A stretch of DNA of 64,000 nt from Candidatus Woesebacteria bacterium (GTDB lineage: Bacteria > Patescibacteriota > Microgenomatia > UBA8517): the NCBI GenBank assembly GCA_016700095.1, contig CP065002.1, positions 176,463-240,462 on the forward strand, written 5' to 3'. Of this stretch, positions 39,772-49,832 are shown piece after piece. The notes beneath the pieces were generated by a model. It saw only the letters and a list, made by a program, of their open reading frames with translations, was not told the DNA's origin and searched no databases. Made by a program: the position numbers and the translations under genes. The stretch's first letter is position 1; each line of letters begins with the position of its first letter.

Positions 39772-40950
39772 ATGCCATCTACTAATATGAAAATTGCTTT
39801 AGTACATGACTACATAAAAGAATTCGGGGGAGCCGAAAGGGTACTCAAGGTTTTAGCTGAGATGTATCCGAAAGCTCCGATTTATACAGCATTTTGCGTC
39901 AAGGATTCGGCCGCGGGTAAAGAATTTGAAGGAAAAGAAATCAAAGAAAGTTTCTTGGCTCCAATTTTGAAAATAGGCAAACTGTATAGTCCCTTGAGGT
40001 TTTTAACTCCACTTATTTGGAGGTCAATGGATTTATCAAAGTTTGATCTAGTGATTGCTTCGTCCTCATGGTATATAACCCGCGGATTTAAAGTTGGAAA
40101 AAATACTAAAGTAATTTGCTACTGCCACACACCTCCCCGGTGGCTATATGGTTACGACACAAGTATCGAGCTTCAGAAGTACTGGCCGGTGAAAGTATAT
40201 GCAGCGGTCGTTGGACATTTTCTTAGACTGTATGATTTCGTTTCAGCCCAAAAACCACATGAAATTTCCAAGTTCAAATTACCAATTTTCAATCCCAAAT
40301 CGGGAGTGGATATCTTTATTGCCAATTCGGAAAACGTGAGAAAGAGGATTGAGAAGTTTTACAGACGTGATGCGAAGGTTATTTATCCACCGGTTGATGT
40401 TGAAAACATAAAAAAGCATGCTATGGATAGCAAGAAGCAAGGGAAATATTTTTTGATCGTATCAAGGTTGGTTGGGGCAAAGGGATTGGAAGAGGCTGCA
40501 CGTGCTTTCAAGAACATTAAAAATACCGAACTAAGAATTGTTGGTGAAAAGTCCGGTTATTCCAGGGTCGAGGATGGATTGATGAAATTAGCTGGAGGAA
40601 ACATAAAACTGCTTGGTAGACTTACCGATGAAAAACTCTACGAACAACTTGCAGGAGCAAAGGGATTTATCGCACTTGCCAGAGACGAAGACTTCGGTAT
40701 GACTGTCGTTGAGGCAATGGCTGCAGGAACTCCTGTAATTGCATTTAACGGTGGTGGATTTAAAGAGTCGGTAGTAGACGGCAAGACAGGAATATTAATT
40801 AATGATACAGATGAAGAAACCATAAAAAAAGCTGTTGAGAAGTTGATTAAAACAAAATGGGACAAAAGGGTGATTCAAAAAAACGCGATGATGTTTTCGA
40901 GGGAGAGATTTGTAGAAGAAGTGGAATATTTGGTTAAAAAAACCGAGTGA
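39772..40950 (+). CDS. glycosyltransferase family 4
   Basis: N-terminal IALVHDYIKEFGGAERV; C-terminal GT4 nucleotide-sugar-binding region (EDFGMTVVEAMAAGTPVIA). Confidence 0.75.
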   Translation: MPSTNMKIALVHDYIKEFGGAERVLKVLAEMYPKAPIYTAFCVKDSAAGKEFEGKEIKESFLAPILKIGKLYSPLRFLTPLIWRSMDLSKFDLVIASSSWYITRGFKVGKNTKVICYCHTPPRWLYGYDTSIELQKYWPVKVYAAVVGHFLRLYDFVSAQKPHEISKFKLPIFNPKSGVDIFIANSENVRKRIEKFYRRDAKVIYPPVDVENIKKHAMDSKKQGKYFLIVSRLVGAKGLEEAARAFKNIKNTELRIVGEKSGYSRVEDGLMKLAGGNIKLLGRLTDEKLYEQLAGAKGFIALARDEDFGMTVVEAMAAGTPVIAFNGGGFKESVVDGKTGILINDTDEETIKKAVEKLIKTKWDKRVIQKNAMMFSRERFVEEVEYLVKKTE

Positions 40951-41368
40951 ATTAAACTGTCCTCAATGCGAGGATATTCTATGATAAGATCATCTGCCCA
41001 ACCTTCTATCTATTTCTCTCTCCTGGTCAGCCATTGTCTGTTGAGCCTTTTTCAACCCCACTTCTATACGATGTTGCAATTCCAAGTTTCTCCTCATTGC
41101 TGGAGTGACAATCTCTGGTCCGTCACCTCTATGAAAACGAGTTGCGTCCCAAGTAGAATTTGGTTCTGCAAGAGTTGCGTCTCCAGTAGAATTTGGTATT
41201 GCCTCAACCATGCACCTATAATACCGATTGTTGTTGTTGTTGTCAAGGTTTCGATGGTTTAATAAAATAAACTATGAAACGCTGGTATTTGAAATTTGCA
41301 AGTTATAAAACTCCCAATGATGTTTATGATGCCGATAAATTGGGGGAAAAGACTATTGAAACAAGCCA

Positions 41369-41737
41369 GTGAGTCCTGATTCTTCGAAAAATCCTGCAAA
41401 TTTTAAACCCGGAGATATTTTAGTTTTAAAACCACTCGATTCCAGTGAGGTGCTAGATAGGATAGTAGATTTTATTCATGTTTATTCTTCGGTTGAAGAA
41501 ATGGCGAAAAATGAACCGGTAGAGAAAATATTCTCCGGATGTAAATCCCCCGAAGAACTTGCTGAAATATTTGAAGAGGTTAAGAAAAAGTGGGGCAAAG
41601 TTTATACTTACAAAATAGAAAAATACGGAATAGTTGCCATTGGGATTAATAAGTGGGATAAAAGGGTTATACAAAAAAGAGCAGAGATGTTTGCAATGGA
41701 GAAGTTTAGAAGTAATTTTTATAAATTAGCTAAGTAG
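41369..41737 (+). pseudogene. C-terminal remnant of a GT4 glycosyltransferase paralog
   Basis: The C-terminus KWDKRVIQKRAEMFAMEKF is about 80 percent identical to the KWDKRVIQKNAMMFSRERF C-terminus of the upstream GT4. No N-terminal GT4 domain is present, and 420 bp of decayed sequence lies between the two. Confidence 0.5.
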
Positions 41738-42103
41738 CGTAAGAAGTAGGACTAAATAAAAAATAACTGCTCAAAATACAATATAATGCGGTGAATTACT
41801 AGATCGTTTATGGGGTTCTAGTTCTGGAATGATTCGCAGCTCTGAGAAACAAGCGACCAGCTTGATATTGTATACGTCTTTTCGTTTTTTTCTCGGTCGC
41901 ATCCCCCCCAGCAGCCTCGATAGCAAGCTGCTTGGCGCATTCTTGACCAGATTTCTCAAAATGTTGAACAGCTAATCCTTCTAGAAGGTCAATATGTGTT
42001 TCGCCAGCATGTGTTTCACGTTTAGACATATTGCAATTATAAATATATATCCCATAATAGTCAATATCCATACTTGATTATTAATTTTTGATATACTTAT
42101 CAT

Positions 42104-42955
42104 ATGCCTGAACTTCCGGAAGTAGAATCAATTCGTCTGCAATTAACCAAATACGTTGTCGGTCACAAAATTGAAAAAACAGAAATAAATTACAAAAAAT
42201 GTTTTCAGGGAGACCCCAACAAGCTAAAACAAGCAAAAATTGGCGAAATTCGTAGATTTGGAAAAGCAATCGTTATTGATTTGAACAATAAATTATCGAT
42301 ATTAATTCATGTCAAAATGACAGGCCAACTAATTTATCGAGGTCCAAATTTGTCACCCGCTCCTGCAATTTCTGACAAGGTAAAAGGTGGGCTTGGCGGA
42401 AAGCATACGCATGTAGTATTCCATCTTAATAAGGATGCAAAACTTTTCTTTAATGATTACAGGAAATTCGGGTGGATAAAGGTAGTCAAAACCGATGAAG
42501 TTGAGGAGGATAAATTTATCAAAAATATCGGTCCCGAACCATTTAAGGATTTAACGATCGAATATTTCACCAAGACACTATCAAAAACCAAAAGAAACAT
42601 AAAATCTGTTCTTATGGACCAGAAGGTAGTTGCTGGCGTGGGTAATATTTATGCAAACGATGCACTTTGGTTATCGGGAATACACCCGACTACACCTGCA
42701 CACAAATTGCCTCCAGAAAAAGTCAAAGAACTTTATCACGCAATTGAACAAGTATTGCAAAGAGGGTTGGCTGATGGAGGCGCGAGCGAGAATTCGTTTG
42801 TTACCCCTGACGGTGCGGATGGAAATTATCAAAAACATTTTTTGGCTTACGATAAAAAAGGAGAAAAATGTGTAAGGTGTGGCGGCATTTTTGTCAAAGA
42901 TAAGGTTGGTGGAAGAGGAAGTGTTTACTGCCCCAAGTGTCAAAAAAAATATTAA
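42104..42955 (+). CDS. mutM: formamidopyrimidine-DNA glycosylase (Fpg/Nei family)
   Basis: N-terminal MPELPEVE (catalytic Pro2/Glu3), H2TH, and C-terminal zinc finger CVRCGG...CPKCQ. Confidence 0.85.
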   Translation: MPELPEVESIRLQLTKYVVGHKIEKTEINYKKCFQGDPNKLKQAKIGEIRRFGKAIVIDLNNKLSILIHVKMTGQLIYRGPNLSPAPAISDKVKGGLGGKHTHVVFHLNKDAKLFFNDYRKFGWIKVVKTDEVEEDKFIKNIGPEPFKDLTIEYFTKTLSKTKRNIKSVLMDQKVVAGVGNIYANDALWLSGIHPTTPAHKLPPEKVKELYHAIEQVLQRGLADGGASENSFVTPDGADGNYQKHFLAYDKKGEKCVRCGGIFVKDKVGGRGSVYCPKCQKKY

Positions 42956-43200
42956 CCCCCCAAAAAATTATGAAAGAAGGATTATATGAAATTCCCGGGG
43001 GTTGGATGTTACATGTACATCAAGATACACAACTGGGCAGGGAACTTCAACCCATGGGTAAACTCACTGCCAGGAGACATAAAACAATAGCGGTAATCAT
43101 TGATGGGGAACAAGTTGTGGTTAATACTACACCGATGATAGGTGTTACCGGTGATCTTAAGCATAAAAATTCGCTGAATTTTAGTGTTGTCGACAGATAA
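42937..43200 (+). CDS. small hypothetical protein
   Basis: 87-aa ORF overlapping the mutM stop; no motif. Confidence 0.3.
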   Translation: MSKKILTPQKIMKEGLYEIPGGWMLHVHQDTQLGRELQPMGKLTARRHKTIAVIIDGEQVVVNTTPMIGVTGDLKHKNSLNFSVVDR

Positions 43201-43687
43201 ATCTTGTGTACCAGAAAAACGATTTCAGATTTGCGTATAAGGGTATAATGAAGCTATAAGGATTGGAGGTGAGAAGAATGTGTTTTAGGGAAAGAGAGAA
43301 ATTAAAATCCTCGACTGAGTCTGGTGTACGTACGACCCAAGGCGGGGTAGCTGCCGCTGATAAACCAACCGTGGCGCCGGTAGAAACACCCCTAATATGT
43401 GAGTATCATACAATTCGTAATTCAAACGGTACTACCTACACTTTTCCGGTAGAGGTTCACAAAAACTAAACAATTATAAATCGCCGATTGATGAAGAGGT
43501 GACTTGTAAGTGATCGATTGGTGAAACAAATATACAAATTACATCAACATATCAATAAGATAAAAACTCAAATATTCGTCTTTGTATTTAACTATAAAAA
43601 AAACGTAATATTAGTTAATGACTTCAAAAAAGAGTTTGGTAATCAGAAAGGCTTATGAGATAGCACAAAAAGACCTCAGGTTAAATT

Positions 43688-44782
43688 ATGGAAAGTTTGG
43701 TATATACGCAGGACCCAAAAACCATCATGAATACTGGGCAAGAGACTCTTTTTTTGCGACATTTGGCACTAACTTTGGGGGATAAAGATATCGCCAAAAA
43801 AAATTTGGACTTGTTTACTGCTTATCAAAAACCTTCCGGTCACATTGCACTTCGAATTGAAGACAGATTCCATGGTCTAGGATTTCTAGGACTAAATATA
43901 AAACATCGCAAACTACTAGCCAAGTTCAAGCCCAGTCAACCCTGGGCTGACAAAGTAATTGATTCCAATCCGCTATATTTGATTGCTGTTGCAGAATATG
44001 TGAATACTACCAAAGACGTTACGTGGATCGAAAGAAACCGCGAAAAAATTGTAAACGCAGTGTATTGGCTTACTTTGCAAATTGATAAAAATGGATTGGT
44101 GAAGGAAGGATTGAATGCCAATTGGGCTGACTTTACTTTTAAGCGTGGAAATGTGCTTTATACAAATATACTTGCCTGGAAAGCATTCAATTTACTGTGT
44201 AATATCTTACCCACCAAGGAAGCTAATTATTGTTTATCGCGTTCCGATCAAATTGAACTGGCGATAAAGAAAAATTTCTGGAATGATGAGAAAGGTTTTT
44301 TTATTGACAACATCGGAAAGCATGGCAAAAAACATAATGTTTTTGCGTCAGACGGCAATTTATTGGCAATATTTTTTGATTTTACAACCAGCGACGAAGC
44401 TCAAAGGATTTTTAACTATATTGATAAAAATAAACTTGACCGCATTCCAGTGCCAATTTATTTTCCCCGACTTACAGGAAGACATAATATTTTAAATAGG
44501 TTAATTTTCCCAAATTACAATTCGACTTATACATTTATTTGGTGGGGAAGTATTTCGGCTGTGAGCAGAATGAAGATTTTTGATAACGACGGAGCGCTTA
44601 ATGATTTGTATGCGATAGCAAAAATTATTAACCGCTATAAAACCGTTCCCGAAATTGTTAACCCCAAAGGGCGTATGGTGGATAAATTATTTTATAAGTC
44701 TGAGAGGTCTGCCGCCTGGTCGGCAGGCATGTTTGTATACGCATGTAACATAGCAAGAGATAGGAAGCTTATCTTGTTTTAA
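43688..44782 (+). CDS. (alpha/alpha)6-barrel glycoside hydrolase-like protein (GDE_C / GH63-like)
   Basis: 364 aa; helical repeats with W/Y/F-rich segments (NANWADFTFKRGNVLYTNILAWKAF) reminiscent of the amylo-1,6-glucosidase/GH63 catalytic domain. Motif-level only. Confidence 0.35.
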   Translation: MESLVYTQDPKTIMNTGQETLFLRHLALTLGDKDIAKKNLDLFTAYQKPSGHIALRIEDRFHGLGFLGLNIKHRKLLAKFKPSQPWADKVIDSNPLYLIAVAEYVNTTKDVTWIERNREKIVNAVYWLTLQIDKNGLVKEGLNANWADFTFKRGNVLYTNILAWKAFNLLCNILPTKEANYCLSRSDQIELAIKKNFWNDEKGFFIDNIGKHGKKHNVFASDGNLLAIFFDFTTSDEAQRIFNYIDKNKLDRIPVPIYFPRLTGRHNILNRLIFPNYNSTYTFIWWGSISAVSRMKIFDNDGALNDLYAIAKIINRYKTVPEIVNPKGRMVDKLFYKSERSAAWSAGMFVYACNIARDRKLILF

Positions 44783-44835
44783 CTGACAGAATTGATACTA
44801 ATAACCAAGTTGTTGATTTAATGTAAACTTACAGA

Positions 44836-47040
44836 ATGCGAATCTTAATGGTGACGGCTACATATGCTCCTTCGATAAACGGTATTGCTATTGCGATATC
44901 AAATTTGAAAAGTTCGCTTGAAAGTTTTGGTCATGAAGTTACAATTCTTGCTCCTAACAATCCAAATGTAACAAAAGAGGAGAAAGGAGTAATTAGATAT
45001 CCGTCTTTGGAGAATCCGGTCGTGAAAGACTATCCCATACCACTGGCTCCTGGACCAAAAAGTTTAGCCAAACTGTTGAGTGGATATGAACCCGATATAA
45101 TTCACGTTCACCATCCGTTGCATATTGGGGGAATGGCAAGGCTGTTAGCCTTGCGTTTTAAGGTGCCTTTGGTTTTTACTTATCATACGAGATACGATTT
45201 GTATGCGAAAAAATATGTTAAATTTCTTCCTAATAGTTTACGTGAAATGTTTTATGGTAACAGGATCGACAAATTCTGCAAAAATGTTGACTTAATTATT
45301 GCGCCGTCAAACTACATTCAGAAAAGTTTACTTAAGAAGTTCCCGTATCAAGAAGTTGTTGCAATTCCTTCGGGAGTTTCAAAATTAACAACAAGTGACA
45401 ACAAAGCTTTGTCCCTAAAAGAAAAATTGTCTATTGGAAACAGCAAAACGGTTTTATTAACTGTCGGTAGGGTTGCAAGAGAGAAAAATCAGGAAGTATT
45501 AATTCACGCAATGAAACACTTGAATGACGATTTTGTATTGATAATAGCGGGAGATGGTCCAAGTCGATCTTCCTTGGAGCATCTAGCCGGTAAGTTAGGA
45601 GTGGAAGAGAGGGTGATTTTTGCAGGTCGGATAGAGCATTCTTTGATTGGTGCTTATTACGAGATTGCGGATTGTTTTGTGTATTCGTCGACGACTGAGA
45701 CGCAGGGAATTATATTTCTTGAGGCATTATCGCACGGACTACCGATTGTAAGTGTGAAGTCATCCGCTTCGCTTGAATGGGTGAAATCCGAGGTCGGATA
45801 TCAAACCGAATCAAAACCTAATCTTATTGCAGAGAGTATTACCAAGATAACTAAAGGAGATCGAGAAAATTTTGCTCAACAAGCTCGTAAGATAGCTAGT
45901 GATTTTACTTCTGAGAAAATGTCTCAAAAACTTCTTGATGAATACGAAAGGTTGCTGAAAAACAAAAAATTTTATTCCGAACTAACAGCCACCGGCTGGC
46001 AATCATGGAGTACCAAACCAAAAGGACTTGTAAAATTTCCGATAAGAAATTTTGCTCCGAGTGGGAAAATGTTTTTGCCTGAAACTAAAACCATAAAGAC
46101 TGGCAAAAAACCAATAGTTGGCTGGTCTTCGTGGTATGCATATTGGTGGAAAATAAATGAAAAGAAAATAATTGACCAAACCAAATGGTTCTCACAGCAC
46201 TCGGAAATTCCGGTTGAGTTTATAGTAATTGACGATGGTTGGACGCGTTGGGGAGATTGGGAAAATGAAAATATAAAAAGGTTTCCGAACGGAGTTGGAA
46301 CGGTGAGTAAGAAAATAAAAAAACTAGGTTTCAAACCGGGTATATGGCTAGCACCGTTTTTGGTTGATCCACGAAGCGAGCTTGCTAAGAAACACCCCGA
46401 GTACTTAGTTCGTTACAACAATAAGTTGGTTGAAGGAATGAAAGTCACAAGTTTTGACAGATTTATTTTTCCTAAATATATTCTCGATATTAGGAAGAAA
46501 GAAGTTAGGAAACATTTGGTAAATTCCATTAGGAAACTTGTAATAAATGACGGTTTTGAGCTTTTAAAGTTAGATTATTTATATGCACCTTTTTTTATTC
46601 CCGGTGTTGGAATGCATGAAGCCGGATATTATTTAAACAAGTTTTTACTTAATGTAAAAAAAATGTATCCGCAAGTTTATACAATTGCCAGTGGTTGTCC
46701 TTTTGCGCCCGCACTTGGTGTTGTTGACGCTATGCGGATTTGTCCCGACATATCCATACCGTTTATTGACAATATTCCTCTTGTTTCTTCGATTTATCAC
46801 AAACGAAAATTACTACTATCTAAAGGCAATATTAAAAATCGAGCAAACATGAAAAAACATTGGAATATCAATACCGATAGTTACGTTTGTCGCAAATCGC
46901 TTAGAGTGAATAATAAAATACTGTTACAATTTGCCAAAGAAATTAAACACATGGATAGTGATATATTGCTAGGTGATGATTTCACCCGTCTCGAAAAGGA
47001 AAGAATTGATAAACTCATCCTGCCACTTTTTGTAAAATGA
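44836..47040 (+). CDS. fusion protein: N-terminal GT4 glycosyltransferase plus C-terminal clan GH-D (GH36/GH27-like, alpha-galactosidase/raffinose-synthase-like) domain
   Basis: N-terminal half has GT4 features (MRILMVTATYAPSINGIAI...ETQGIIFLEALSHGLPIV). C-terminal half has IDDGWTRWGDWENEN, FKPGIWLAPF and LLKLDYLY (the DDGW and K-x-D nucleophile motifs of GH27/GH36). Confidence 0.55.
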   Translation: MRILMVTATYAPSINGIAIAISNLKSSLESFGHEVTILAPNNPNVTKEEKGVIRYPSLENPVVKDYPIPLAPGPKSLAKLLSGYEPDIIHVHHPLHIGGMARLLALRFKVPLVFTYHTRYDLYAKKYVKFLPNSLREMFYGNRIDKFCKNVDLIIAPSNYIQKSLLKKFPYQEVVAIPSGVSKLTTSDNKALSLKEKLSIGNSKTVLLTVGRVAREKNQEVLIHAMKHLNDDFVLIIAGDGPSRSSLEHLAGKLGVEERVIFAGRIEHSLIGAYYEIADCFVYSSTTETQGIIFLEALSHGLPIVSVKSSASLEWVKSEVGYQTESKPNLIAESITKITKGDRENFAQQARKIASDFTSEKMSQKLLDEYERLLKNKKFYSELTATGWQSWSTKPKGLVKFPIRNFAPSGKMFLPETKTIKTGKKPIVGWSSWYAYWWKINEKKIIDQTKWFSQHSEIPVEFIVIDDGWTRWGDWENENIKRFPNGVGTVSKKIKKLGFKPGIWLAPFLVDPRSELAKKHPEYLVRYNNKLVEGMKVTSFDRFIFPKYILDIRKKEVRKHLVNSIRKLVINDGFELLKLDYLYAPFFIPGVGMHEAGYYLNKFLLNVKKMYPQVYTIASGCPFAPALGVVDAMRICPDISIPFIDNIPLVSSIYHKRKLLLSKGNIKNRANMKKHWNINTDSYVCRKSLRVNNKILLQFAKEIKHMDSDILLGDDFTRLEKERIDKLILPLFVK

Positions 47041-48167
47041 ATATTTCAAAAATAGTCCTCGTTAATTTCAGAAACTTTGCCAGTAAAATAATTGAATTTT
47101 CTGACATGATTTCTGTTATTGTTGGTGATAATGCCAGCGGGAAAACCAACATCCTCGAAGCTATTAATTTGCTTGCAACAGGCAAGAGTTTCAAAGCAAA
47201 AGTTGAGGAAGAGATGGTTGGTTATGACGCCGACATTGCACGCATATCTGCATTAATTGAAGGTAAGCCGTACATGGTCGACAGGGAAGAAAACCTAACT
47301 GCCAAAGCTAATCGGTCACGCATCAAACTTGAGGTTGTTTTAACCCGAGGAAAGATCAAAGTTGGTGAAAACCCGGATAAGTATGAAAAAGTGGCACGCA
47401 AGAAACTTAGTGTTAATGGAGTAGGTAAAAGATTGATTGACTTTGCGGGAAACTTCAACGTTGTACTATTTTCTCCAAGTGACATGGATATTATTACTGA
47501 GTCGCCAAGTGTTCGGAGAAAGTTTTTAGATACTGTTTTGTCGCAAAGCGATAGAGAATACCGACGTGCTTTGCATGCTTACGAGAAAGGACTTAGACAA
47601 AGAAATAGGCTATTAATTAGAATTAGAGAAGAGGGATTATCGAGAAGTCAACTTTTGTTTTGGAACAGTATCTTAATCAAAAACGGAGACTTTATATCAA
47701 ATTCAAGGCAAAATTTCATTGACTTTATCAATGCCATGAAGCCGTTAAATAGTCAGACGTTTAGGGTGATTTACGACAATAGTGCTATAAGCGGCGAGAG
47801 GTTAGAGCAATATTCAAAAGAAGAAACAGCGGCGGGAACTACACTGGTTGGTCCGCACCGGGACGATATTGTGATAAAGATTAAAGATCAAAAATCAAAA
47901 ATTAATAAAGATAGGGATCTGTCAAAATACGGAAGCCGCGGGGAACAGCGGATGGGAGTTTTATTTTTGAAACTTAGCGAGCTTTCCTTTTTGGAAAAAA
48001 TTACACAGGACAAGCCGGTACTTTTACTTGATGATATTTTTTCCGAGCTTGACCATGAACACAGAGATGTGGTGATGACCGCGGTAAAAGGCCGTCAGGT
48101 AATTATTACAACTGCAGATCCTCACTTTGTAGTCGGAATGAAAAGAATTGAAAAAATTAAGATTTAG
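47037..48167 (+). CDS. recF: DNA replication and repair protein RecF
   Basis: N-terminal KIVLVNFRNF...GDNASGKTNILEAI (RecF Walker A), SMC-like signature region, and C-terminal Walker B LLLDDIFSELD. Confidence 0.85.
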   Translation: MNISKIVLVNFRNFASKIIEFSDMISVIVGDNASGKTNILEAINLLATGKSFKAKVEEEMVGYDADIARISALIEGKPYMVDREENLTAKANRSRIKLEVVLTRGKIKVGENPDKYEKVARKKLSVNGVGKRLIDFAGNFNVVLFSPSDMDIITESPSVRRKFLDTVLSQSDREYRRALHAYEKGLRQRNRLLIRIREEGLSRSQLLFWNSILIKNGDFISNSRQNFIDFINAMKPLNSQTFRVIYDNSAISGERLEQYSKEETAAGTTLVGPHRDDIVIKIKDQKSKINKDRDLSKYGSRGEQRMGVLFLKLSELSFLEKITQDKPVLLLDDIFSELDHEHRDVVMTAVKGRQVIITTADPHFVVGMKRIEKIKI

Positions 48168-48786
48168 TTTTAGTTGTTGTTTGATAAATTCTGCTGGTGT
48201 AATATTTCGAGTAATATGGGAGAGAGAGGGGGTGGAAATTTGAAAGCAATGATTGAAGAGTCTTTGGGTCGCCCGCGCACTAAAAAACAGAAAGCGGTTC
48301 CAAGTTGCTCCTCCCCCCAAAAAAAACGGGGGTTTCCTCATTTTTGGACAGTGAGCATGTGTTTTTAACACCTGACGGCGAATTGGTAACGATGAGAATG
48401 AAAGATGCCCCTAGTTTTAGATCGCTTTCTGAAGAAGAAAGTAAGAGAAGAAATCGGGGTGAATTGGATTATGATTATGTGATATTTGACCCAGGTAAAT
48501 TATAAAAACAGATTCTTGAAATTGTTGATTTTGAATAAAAATAGTTTAATTAATTAGATGAGAAGGAATTTTCGATTGGGATCTGAAGTTTCAAGTCCTA
48601 ATTTCGTACCCAGAAATAACCCCTTACCAACAGGTCTGATGTGGGTAAGAGTTGGCGAGGATGAATACCCTACCTGGGAAGTACAAGTAAATACCGGTGA
48701 AGGAAGATTAATTCCTCCAAACACACATGCTTCACATGCTCAGAGTGCTGTAGAAAGAAGGGGTGGTTAATTTGCTACAATGAAGT

Positions 48787-49716
48787 GTGAAAGTATTTGA
48801 CAAAAAGGATCTTCTTAAATTATATACACCACCCAAAAACTCAACCGGGGAGGATAATGGTCAGATTACAATAATTGGCGGATCAAAACTTTTTCATGGT
48901 GCGCCACTTCTTTCTTTAATTGCCGCATCCAAATTTGTCGACATGGTATTTTTTGCGTCTCCTGATCCAAGTGTTGGTGAGGTGGCTTCGAAACTTAAAT
49001 CCCGATTAAGCTCATTCATATGGGTACCGTGGGAAGACGTAGAACATTATATTGAAAAATCAGATGCAATATTAATTGGGCCGGGTTTTATGAGGTACGA
49101 AACGGAGAGCCGAGATATTAAATCAAGCATTAAAAATAAAATATTAAACATAAGAAATCCAAAACTAAACATGTTGGATAAGGCGGGAAAGGAAACTTAT
49201 GAAATAACAGCGCATTTACTTACAAAATATCGCGATAAAAAATGGGTAATCGATGCGGGGAGTTTGCAGGTTATGGAAGCCAATTGGATTCCCAAAAATG
49301 CCATTCTTACGCCAAATAAAAAAGAGTTTGAAATGCTTTGTGGTAACAAGCAGTTGACGGTTGGTAGTAAGGGAAATTCGCAGACGGCAAACCATATGTT
49401 GCAGGCTGCATCAAAGATGGCAAAAAAATATTATTGTACAATTGTTCTCAAGGGGCCGGAGACAATTGTGGTATCACCTGACGAAGTAGTTATCGTTAAA
49501 GGCGGCAATGCAGGGCTAACAAAAGGTGGTACGGGAGATACTCTGGCTGGGCTTACTGTTGCACTTTTGGCCAAAAACGATGCCTTTCTTGCCGCAACAA
49601 GTGCGTCATATATTTTGAAATTCACTGCCGACAAATTGTTTGAAACAGTGGGCGTAAACTACAGCGCCGACGATTTGGCTTCCTCGATACCCTTATATTT
49701 GAAAAAATTGATCTAG
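48787..49716 (+). CDS. ADP/ATP-dependent NAD(P)H-hydrate dehydratase (YjeF C-terminal domain)
   Basis: ITIIGGSKLFHGAPLLSLIAA and C-terminal KGGTGDTLAGLTVALLA match the YjeF_C/Nnr2 family. Confidence 0.7.
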   Translation: MKVFDKKDLLKLYTPPKNSTGEDNGQITIIGGSKLFHGAPLLSLIAASKFVDMVFFASPDPSVGEVASKLKSRLSSFIWVPWEDVEHYIEKSDAILIGPGFMRYETESRDIKSSIKNKILNIRNPKLNMLDKAGKETYEITAHLLTKYRDKKWVIDAGSLQVMEANWIPKNAILTPNKKEFEMLCGNKQLTVGSKGNSQTANHMLQAASKMAKKYYCTIVLKGPETIVVSPDEVVIVKGGNAGLTKGGTGDTLAGLTVALLAKNDAFLAATSASYILKFTADKLFETVGVNYSADDLASSIPLYLKKLI

Positions 49717-49832
49717 CTTCGGGCAAAAGGTTAAGAAGTATGTACCATGCCTAAACCAGCATTTTTTCTCTTGTAATTACCGCATATTTCCAGTATTATT
49801 ACCGCATACCTGCTTTTTGCTTCCTTTGCAAT

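Noticed and set aside
41139-41197. Possible CRISPR-like repeat
   Set aside because: Only two imperfect copies with a 9-bp gap, and no spacer structure or cas genes. It is not a CRISPR array.
40990-41211. 73-aa minus-strand ORF with an internal peptide repeat (IPNSTGDATLAEPNSTWDAT)
   Set aside because: The peptide repeat only mirrors the 25-bp DNA direct repeat in the decayed GT4 region. There is no start context or conservation, so it is probably non-coding.
41771-42071. Minus-strand ORFs of 62 and 87 aa upstream of mutM
   Set aside because: They have no recognisable motif, overlap one another, and sit in a probable promoter region. There is insufficient support to call them genes.
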